A stretch of DNA of 64,000 nucleotides from Bacillota bacterium. GTDB taxonomy: Bacteria; Bacillota; Clostridia; Christensenellales; CAG-917. The position numbers and the translations under genes are program-made. Below are positions 32,932-39,209 of this stretch, piece after piece; the first letter of the stretch is position 1, and every line of letters begins with the position of its first letter. The DNA lies in contig JAMPEA010000007.1 in NCBI GenBank assembly GCA_023665365.1, positions 4,516-68,515 of the forward strand. Reading direction: 5' to 3'. The notes under the pieces are model-generated. The model saw only the letters and a list, made by a program, of their open reading frames with translations. It did no database searches and was not told the origin of the DNA.

Positions 32932-33053
32932 ATCACTCTAATTTGGCGCACTGCTTTGTTAGATTTGCGCGCGCTCGCCGTCGTGTACGCCTTGTACACT
33001 AGGCGGCTCGCGTGCTCATCTGTCGCGCATTGCATCCAAATTAGAGTGATTTA
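32929..33053. repeat. 125-bp palindromic element: perfect 18-bp terminal inverted repeats around an 89-nt GC-rich, partly self-complementary core
   Basis: TAAATCACTCTAATTTGG (32929-32946) pairs with CCAAATTAGAGTGATTTA (33036-33053). The core contains GTGTAC-gcctt-GTACAC and further imperfect pairing. Confidence 0.7.
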
Positions 33054-33103
33054 GATATTATTGCTTAGGTTTAAATTTATTTTGTTTAAAATCGTTAATC
33101 TAA

Positions 33104-33934
33104 TTAGTTGTTTTCATCATTTTTAGTGTTGATTATCTCGTCGATAGAAATCTGATTGTCGTTGGCGTTTGCGGCGTTTTCAAGGTCGGAGATGACTTTG
33201 GGGGACGTAAGCGTGCCGTTTCCGAGCGGCGTAAGCGTCAACAGCGCAAGTACGAGCGAAATACTGCCGAACACTATATAGTAAATTTTCAGCGGAGTGA
33301 TAAACGATACCAATATCAAAACCGCGCCCGAAAACGCATACGACTTGAAGTTTGCGCGGCACAGTACGGCGTCAAGCAGGGCGCGGAATGAAAACTTGTT
33401 TTTTATCGGCTTCAAATCGGGTAAGGCGTTGTGTCTAAGCAGAAATTTATACACGGTTTTGATTTTTATAAGTGAAAATTTTACGTTTTCAAGCTGTACG
33501 ATTGAATAGGCGCGTCTGTCTATGCCGCGGGCGAATACGTAAATGCGCTTGCCCTTAAACTTGGCGGCGAGCTCGCAAATTCCGCCCATATCGTTTATAG
33601 TCAGCATGGAAAATTTAAATGCGGATATTATCACGCAGTCGCTAAGTACGATATAGTTTTTTTCGCACTCCGCGCAGCCGTATTTAACGACGTCTTTCAG
33701 CAGGTTTATGACGTACTCGTTGCCGCGTATGGAAAATTCCAAAGCGAGCCTTTCGTACGAATAGGGTCTGTTTCGCTTTGACAGAATATATCTGACAGTC
33801 ACAACCGCAATCGCGGTGATTGCCACTGAAAATATCAACGCGCCGACCCAGCTTTTAAAGGCGAGCGTTGACCATACAAAGGTAAGTAAGATGAGGACGA
33901 CGGACATAGAAAAGTAGTCGAGAATTTTAGCCAT
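33104..33934 (-). CDS. hypothetical membrane protein (2 TM, soluble ~130-aa core, 2 TM)
   Basis: 276 aa. Hydrophobic pairs lie at both ends (VVLILLTFVWSTLAF / ALIFSVAITAIAVVTV and AVLILVSFITPL / IVFGSISLVLALLTL). I recognise no domain. Confidence 0.5.
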   Translation of the reverse strand: MAKILDYFSMSVVLILLTFVWSTLAFKSWVGALIFSVAITAIAVVTVRYILSKRNRPYSYERLALEFSIRGNEYVINLLKDVVKYGCAECEKNYIVLSDCVIISAFKFSMLTINDMGGICELAAKFKGKRIYVFARGIDRRAYSIVQLENVKFSLIKIKTVYKFLLRHNALPDLKPIKNKFSFRALLDAVLCRANFKSYAFSGAVLILVSFITPLKIYYIVFGSISLVLALLTLTPLGNGTLTSPKVISDLENAANANDNQISIDEIINTKNDENN

Positions 33935-33989
33935 AGCTCGATTATTGACAAAAAATCGCGCATAAAAACTTCAAACGCCGATTATTCTG

Positions 33990-34024
33990 TTGAAAACGCC
34001 GAACTTATTTAGTATAATACAGGT
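33990..34024 (+). promoter_or_regulatory. sigma-A promoter giving a leaderless nadD-yqeK mRNA
   Basis: TTGAAA (33990-33995), 17 nt, TATAAT (34013-34018), 6 nt (acaggt), ATG 34025. No SD. Confidence 0.65.
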
Positions 34025-35149
34025 ATGCCTAAGACGTTGATATTCGGGGGCGCATTCGACCCTCCTCATAGCGAGCACGTTAAAATGTGCAAGTATGCGA
34101 TGAGCGCGCTTGATATTGATAAGCTCGTGATTGTGCCTACGTATTTGCCGCCGCATAAAAACGCGGGCTTTTTGAGCTTTGACGAGCGGTGCGCACTTGT
34201 CGAGGCGGCGTTTGACGGACTCGACTTCGTTATCGACCGCATAGAGTACGAGCGGAAAGAAAATAACTATTCCAGCGAAATACTGCCTATTCTCAAACAA
34301 AAATACGCGGATATAGTCTATCTCGTAGGCGGCGACAGCATATCGCACTTCGACACTTGGCATAAACCAGAGGTTGTGGCTACTGCATGTCCTATCGTTG
34401 CTCTTGCTCGTGAGGGATACGGCGATATAGAGGCAGGCGTTGAAAATCTGCGGCAAAAATACGGCGGAGAGTTTACAGTGATCGATTTTGAGGGCAAAGA
34501 CGTTTCGTCGTCCATGATAAGGGCAAAGCTGTTGCTCGGCGAGTGCGCGGAGGAAATTCCCGCAAGCGTTGCCAAGACGATAAAACGCCTCGGGCTGTTT
34601 GAAGATTATAAGCAGTACGTCGAAAGGCTCAAAAGCTATCAGAGCGACGAACTCTTTACGCATAGCGTAGCAGTTGTCAAGCGGGCGGTGGATTTCAACT
34701 CCAAACACCATTTGAGGCAAAATTTCAAGCAGGTATTCCTTGCGGCGCTTTTGCACGACAACGCAAAACAGCGTCCGTCTATCGACGGCTTGACCGTTCC
34801 CGCAGACGCAATAGGTACGCCGGTGCTCCATCAGTTTCTCGGAGCGGAAAAGGCGAAGCGCGATTTCGGCATAGACGACGACGGAGTGCTTGACGCAATA
34901 CGCTATCATACCACGGCGCGAGCCGATATGTCCGCTCTTGAAAAACTGATATATACTGCGGATAGCCTCTCGGACGACAGAGACTACGAGCCAATCCCTC
35001 AACTTCGCTGTATAGCGAAAGAGGATTTTGAAAAAGGCTTTCTCGCTACGCTCGAATACACCTATGAAAAGTTGAAAGCAAAGGGCGGCAATATTTATCC
35101 GCTGACCCTTGAAGCGTACAAGTATTATATAGGGGATAAAAACAAATAA
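34025..35149 (+). CDS. nadD: fusion of nicotinate-nucleotide adenylyltransferase (NadD) and HD-domain Ap4A hydrolase YqeK
   Basis: N-terminal GGAFDPPHSEH and ISSSMIR motifs. The C-terminal HD domain has HSVAVVK, LLHDNAK, RYHTT and IYTADSL. It is a single 374-aa ORF. Confidence 0.85.
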   Translation: MPKTLIFGGAFDPPHSEHVKMCKYAMSALDIDKLVIVPTYLPPHKNAGFLSFDERCALVEAAFDGLDFVIDRIEYERKENNYSSEILPILKQKYADIVYLVGGDSISHFDTWHKPEVVATACPIVALAREGYGDIEAGVENLRQKYGGEFTVIDFEGKDVSSSMIRAKLLLGECAEEIPASVAKTIKRLGLFEDYKQYVERLKSYQSDELFTHSVAVVKRAVDFNSKHHLRQNFKQVFLAALLHDNAKQRPSIDGLTVPADAIGTPVLHQFLGAEKAKRDFGIDDDGVLDAIRYHTTARADMSALEKLIYTADSLSDDRDYEPIPQLRCIAKEDFEKGFLATLEYTYEKLKAKGGNIYPLTLEAYKYYIGDKNK

Positions 35150-35202
35150 TAAAATGCGTCTAAGTTGCGCAAGTTAAACACACCTATACTTTGGAGGAAG
35201 AT

Positions 35203-35556
35203 ATGGAATCGTCTCAAATGAAAGATATAATATGCAAAGAACTCGACGAGCATAAAGCTATCGATATAACCGTTCTCGACGTCGAGCATTTGACCGTCGT
35301 GACGGATTATTTCGTTATCTGCACGGCAAAAAGCACAAAGCAGGTCAAAGCGCTTGCCGAGTTTGTAGAGGATAAGCTCAAAGAGCAGGGAGTTACGCCG
35401 ACGCACTCCGACGGAATGTCGGACGGCAAATGGGCAGTGCTCGACTTCGGCGAAGTAATAGTGCATATCTTCAACGATGAAACAAGAATGTTCTATTGCC
35501 TCGAAAAGCTGTGGTCGGACGGGAAGAATATGCAAAGGTACGGCGGGGAAAATTAA
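35203..35556 (+). CDS. rsfS: ribosome silencing factor RsfS
   Basis: Motifs KAIDITVLDV, TDYFVICT, W.VLDFGEVIVHIF and LEKLW. GGAGGA SD precedes ATG 35203. Confidence 0.9.
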   Translation: MESSQMKDIICKELDEHKAIDITVLDVEHLTVVTDYFVICTAKSTKQVKALAEFVEDKLKEQGVTPTHSDGMSDGKWAVLDFGEVIVHIFNDETRMFYCLEKLWSDGKNMQRYGGEN

Positions 35557-35587
35557 CTAAATTTATCTGTAAAATCATAAAATTTCC

Positions 35588-35628
35588 GCAAAGTATTATA
35601 AAAATCATCAAAATTTATAATACTTTGC
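35588..35628. terminator. AT-rich 15-bp perfect hairpin between convergent genes; carries the recurrent AAAGTATTATAA motif
   Basis: GCAAAGTATTATAAA (35588-35602), 11-nt loop, TTTATAATACTTTGC (35614-35628). Confidence 0.55.
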
Positions 35629-35642
35629 AGATTTTAAGCTGT

Positions 35643-35981
35643 TTAGCGGGATTTTGCAAGTTCGAGCAGTTCTTGCTTCGCCGCGTCGTCGAGGTTGTCG
35701 AGTATATTGCGATAAACCTGCATGTCGAACGTAAGAATTATATTTTGAGCTAAAAACGCGGCTTGCAAATCCTCGCTGAGTTGAGCTTTTGCGCCGTCGC
35801 GCTCGCTTTTTAAAACAAACGGAGTCGTCAGTGCGGCGACTACGACTGTGCCGTTATACTCGAACGCGCGCGCTCCCAACACGTATTCCTCTTGCAGGGC
35901 GGTCGTTATAATCTCGTCGAGGTCGGCGGGTTGAGTTTGGGGATTTGTATATTGCGGTGTTTCAATCGTGTAGGTCATCAT
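35643..35981 (-). CDS. hypothetical protein, weak resemblance to the YhcN/YlaJ sporulation domain
   Basis: The ORF is taken from MMTYTIETPQ... The longer 149-aa version would run through the riboswitch promoter. There is no SD and no signal peptide, so the call is tentative. Confidence 0.4.
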   Translation of the reverse strand: MMTYTIETPQYTNPQTQPADLDEIITTALQEEYVLGARAFEYNGTVVVAALTTPFVLKSERDGAKAQLSEDLQAAFLAQNIILTFDMQVYRNILDNLDDAAKQELLELAKSR

Positions 35982-36030
35982 AGTTATAGTGTTGACAAAT
36001 TTTTGATTTTTAAATATCTGCACAAAAATC

Positions 36031-36059
36031 TTGACAATCGCGTAGGATAAGACTAACAT
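36031..36059 (+). promoter_or_regulatory. promoter of the FMN riboswitch leader
   Basis: TTGACA (36031-36036), 17 nt, TAACAT (36054-36059). Confidence 0.65.
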
Positions 36060-36062
36060 ATA

Positions 36063-36175
36063 GTTGCTTCGGGGCGAGGTGCAAATCCTCACCGGCGGTA
36101 TAGTCCGCGAGCCTTTTTAGGTTGATTGGGTGCGATTCCCAAACCGACGGTATAGTCCGGATGAAAGAAGCGGAC
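36063..36175 (+). promoter_or_regulatory. FMN riboswitch (RFN element) aptamer
   Basis: GCTTCGGGGCGAGGTGCAAATCCTCACCGGCGGTATAGTCCGCGAGCC ... GGGTGCGATTCCCAAACCGACGGTATAGTCCGGATGAAAGAAGC matches the conserved RFN core. P1 is GCTTC/GAAGC. Confidence 0.9.
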
Positions 36176-36207
36176 GTGAAATCCTATAATTACGTCCATT
36201 TTACGCC

Positions 36208-36231
36208 CCTCGATGCTGTCGAGGTTTTTTT
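36208..36231 (+). terminator. riboswitch expression platform: terminator hairpin that also contains the SD
   Basis: CCTCGA-tgctg-TCGAGG followed by TTTTTTT, directly abutting ATG 36232. GAGG of the 3' arm is the only SD-like sequence. Confidence 0.8.
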
Positions 36232-37380
36232 ATGGGAAATGAGCAGAAGATAAGCAAAAGCAAGTGCTATCTACTTGATTTTAAGGATAAGCTGAAACGA
36301 TTTGCCAGCCCTAAGTTCTCTGCGGCTTACGTTGCGAAAATAGCAGTGCTTACCGCGATTTCGTTTATACTGTATGCATTTGTCAAGTTCAGCCTGCCGT
36401 TTATGTTTCCGAGCTTTTTGGATATGCAGATTTCCGAGCTTCCCGCTCTGCTCGCGGGTTTTTCTATGGGACCTGTCAGCGGGTGTCTTGTCGTGATATT
36501 AAAATGTCTTTTCAAAATGGCTATGACGGGTACGGCATACGTGGGAGAGGCGACGGATATTCTCATGGGCGTTGCGCTCGTTGCGCCCGCGTCTATAATA
36601 TACAGTATAAAAAAGGATAAGAAACACGCTTTTATCGGCTTGCTTGTCGGAACTGCCGCTTTTGTAATCGCGGGCATTGCAGTAAACAGATTTATATCTA
36701 TCCCGTTTTACGTCGAGTTTTTTTTCAAAGGCGATTTTGAAATTTTGCTTAACGTAGTGCGCCCGATATATAAAAACGTCACGCAAAGCAACTTTTACGC
36801 CTACTATTTACTGCTTGGGGCGTTGCCATTTAACTTGATTAGATGTATAATAATGTCTGCGCTGGCGTTTGTGCTTTACAAGCGATTGAGCATACTGTTG
36901 CATTGGGAGGGAGTGAGTTTGCGCAAGGACAATATTTTCGGCGAGCATAGAGTAAAGACGGTTGAGCAAACTTACGCGCTTGCGGATAAAATCGCAAAGA
37001 CTCTCGACGGCGGCGAGATTATTTTGCTTAACGGCGATTTGGGCGCAGGCAAAACCACCTTTACTAAGGGGCTTGCGAAATCGCTCGGAGTTGCCGAAGA
37101 GGTGACAAGCCCGACGTTTACGATACTCAACGTGTACGAAAGCGGACGCATAAAACTCAACCACCTCGATATGTATCGCGTTGAAAGTGCTGACGAGCTT
37201 GCCGAGCTCGGCATAGAAGATTGCTTCGATGACGACGCGGTGACCGTAATCGAGTGGAATAAGTTTGAAAATCTTGACGGGAACGTCGTTGAAATAGGTA
37301 TCTCGCAAGACGGCGACGAACGCGTTTTTAAGGTATCTAAACGGGTTAAAATTGATACAAACAGAGAGGGCGCACAGTGA
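36232..37380 (+). CDS. in-frame fusion: ECF-type riboflavin transporter S-component (RibU) plus tRNA t6A protein TsaE
   Basis: aa 1-222 form a polytopic RibU-like region (LDMQISELPALLAGF, GALPFNLIRC). aa ~225-382 form TsaE (LNGDLGAGKTTFTKGLAKSLGV, VTSPTFTILNVY, HLDMYR). There is no stop between the domains. Confidence 0.8.
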   Translation: MGNEQKISKSKCYLLDFKDKLKRFASPKFSAAYVAKIAVLTAISFILYAFVKFSLPFMFPSFLDMQISELPALLAGFSMGPVSGCLVVILKCLFKMAMTGTAYVGEATDILMGVALVAPASIIYSIKKDKKHAFIGLLVGTAAFVIAGIAVNRFISIPFYVEFFFKGDFEILLNVVRPIYKNVTQSNFYAYYLLLGALPFNLIRCIIMSALAFVLYKRLSILLHWEGVSLRKDNIFGEHRVKTVEQTYALADKIAKTLDGGEIILLNGDLGAGKTTFTKGLAKSLGVAEEVTSPTFTILNVYESGRIKLNHLDMYRVESADELAELGIEDCFDDDAVTVIEWNKFENLDGNVVEIGISQDGDERVFKVSKRVKIDTNREGAQ

Positions 37381-37952
37381 ACTGCCTTGCGATTGACACA
37401 ACCAATACAAAATTGACCGTCGTGCTTTTAAAGGACGACGAGGTTTTTCATCGTGAAATCGAGGTAGGAAAATCAGGACATTCGCGCCTGCTTATGCCGA
37501 CCGTTGACGAGGTTTTAAAGGAAAGCAAAACTTCTATACAAGAAATTGACTCGGTTGCGGCGGTGGTAGGTCCCGGGTCGTTTACGGGTATACGCATAGG
37601 CGTATCCGCAATGACAGCTATTGCATTTGCAAACGACGCCAAGCGCATAAGCGTCACGTCTTTCGAGCTTATAGCATATAATTGTGCAAACGTCATCGCA
37701 GTTGTGGACGCGGGTCACGGCAACGCGTATTGCGCCGAGTGCGAAAACGGAGAGGCGGTTAGCACGAGGTTTATAGGCGCTGACGAGACAAAACACCTGC
37801 CGAAATACGTTAAAACCGCTCCCGACGTAGAGAGTTGGAAAGCGCTTGCGGGAGTTGTAAAAAATAAGCTCGCTAAATGTTGTTTTCAACCTGTGCTTAC
37901 GCCTTATTATATGAGAAAGTCGCAGGCGGAGAGGGAAAAAGATGACGTTTGA
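37377..37952 (+). CDS. tsaB: tRNA t6A biosynthesis protein TsaB
   Basis: Motifs LAIDTTN and GPGSFTGIRIGVS. The GTG start overlaps the upstream stop (GTGA). Confidence 0.85.
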   Translation: MNCLAIDTTNTKLTVVLLKDDEVFHREIEVGKSGHSRLLMPTVDEVLKESKTSIQEIDSVAAVVGPGSFTGIRIGVSAMTAIAFANDAKRISVTSFELIAYNCANVIAVVDAGHGNAYCAECENGEAVSTRFIGADETKHLPKYVKTAPDVESWKALAGVVKNKLAKCCFQPVLTPYYMRKSQAEREKDDV

Positions 37953-38382
37953 GCGTTTGAAATCCGAGCATCTTCCTCAAATGGCGGAGATTGAAAAGGA
38001 GGCGTTCGACGAGCCGTGGACGGTGGGAATGTTCTTGCCCGAACTCGAAGACCCGAATGCGTACTACATGGTAGGCGTTTTAGACGGCGAAGTGATTTGC
38101 TACGGCGGGTTTCATAAGGTGCTCGATGAGGGACAGATTGCAAATATCGCGGTGCGCTCGGATATGCGAGGACAGGGTTTAGGCAGATTGCTTATGCAAA
38201 ATCTTTTGGAACTCGCAAAGCGCGAGGGCGTAAAGAGAATTACGTTGGAGGTTAAAGACACCAACGAGCGGGCTGTGAACTTGTATAAGTCGCTCGGCTT
38301 CACAGTGGAAGGCGTACGCAAGAGGTACTATGCATATAGATACGATGCTCTTGTAATGTGGCTGACTATCGGGGAGGACTAA
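37942..38382 (+). CDS. rimI: ribosomal-protein-alanine N-acetyltransferase (GNAT)
   Basis: GNAT motif IAVRSDMRGQGLGRLLM and a RimI-type C-terminus YYAYRYDALVM. It has the conserved position after tsaB. Confidence 0.85.
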   Translation: MTFERLKSEHLPQMAEIEKEAFDEPWTVGMFLPELEDPNAYYMVGVLDGEVICYGGFHKVLDEGQIANIAVRSDMRGQGLGRLLMQNLLELAKREGVKRITLEVKDTNERAVNLYKSLGFTVEGVRKRYYAYRYDALVMWLTIGED

Positions 38383-39168
38383 ATAGACGGCATCAATTCG
38401 GACGCGAGAAGCGATAGCAACCGTCAAGCGACGGCGATAAGCGGCGGATATACGCCGCGATTTGTCCAAATCAACGGACACAGTATCAAGTATGCGAGTT
38501 TTGGCAGCGGCGAAAACGTCGTATTTTTACACGGCTGGGGTGCGAGCATCTCTGCTTTTTTGTTTGTCGCAAAGGTAATATCGGATAAATACAGGGTTAC
38601 GCTTTTGGATTTTGCGGGCTTTGGCGAAAGCGAAGAGCCTAAATCCGTTTACAGCGTGCAGGACTACGCCGACGACGTGGTGAAACTCATGCGATTGCTC
38701 GGCATTGACGAGGCGACGTTTGTGGGACATTCGTTCGGCGGGCGCGTATGCTTGGAGCTTGCGGGATACTATCCGAATATCGTAAAAAAGCTCGCGCTCG
38801 TTGACAGCGCGGGATTAAAACCTCGCCGAGGTCTAAGATATTATTTGAGGGTTGGGATACATAAATTGCTTAAAGCCGTCGGGCTTAAAGGACTGAAAGG
38901 TTCGGCGGATTATCGCGTACTGTCCGAAAATATGCGCGGAACGTTTAAAGCGGTCGTCAACTACGACCAGACCTATCTGCTTGATAAAATCATTTGTCCG
39001 ACCGCCATATTTTGGGGGAATAAGGATAAGGATACGCCTGCCTATATGGCTCGTAAGCTGAATAGGAATATCTTAGACAGCAGTATATTTTGGCTTAACG
39101 GCGGACACTTTGCATACGCCGAGGACAGCAGGAAATTTATATCCATACTGAAAGCGTTTATAGGATAA
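38383..39168 (+). CDS. alpha/beta-fold hydrolase; start codon unresolved (the conserved N-terminus has no canonical start)
   Basis: Nucleophile elbow GHSFGG, oxyanion-hole strand VVFLHGWG and C-terminal GGHFAY. The homology begins well upstream of the first canonical in-frame start (TTG 38560). The frame is open back to the rimI TAA at 38380-38382. Confidence 0.65.
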   Translation: MDGINSDARSDSNRQATAISGGYTPRFVQINGHSIKYASFGSGENVVFLHGWGASISAFLFVAKVISDKYRVTLLDFAGFGESEEPKSVYSVQDYADDVVKLMRLLGIDEATFVGHSFGGRVCLELAGYYPNIVKKLALVDSAGLKPRRGLRYYLRVGIHKLLKAVGLKGLKGSADYRVLSENMRGTFKAVVNYDQTYLLDKIICPTAIFWGNKDKDTPAYMARKLNRNILDSSIFWLNGGHFAYAEDSRKFISILKAFIG

Positions 39169-39209
39169 ATCGAATCGAGGCACGAAAGACTGTAAATAAG
39201 GAGAGCCGT

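Noticed and set aside
35982-36092. An upstream extension of the 35643 minus-strand ORF to ATG 36092 (149 aa).
   Set aside because: The extension would run through the TTGACA-17-TAACAT promoter and the 5' edge of the FMN riboswitch. It encodes an implausible hydrophobic, basic, junk-like N-terminus.
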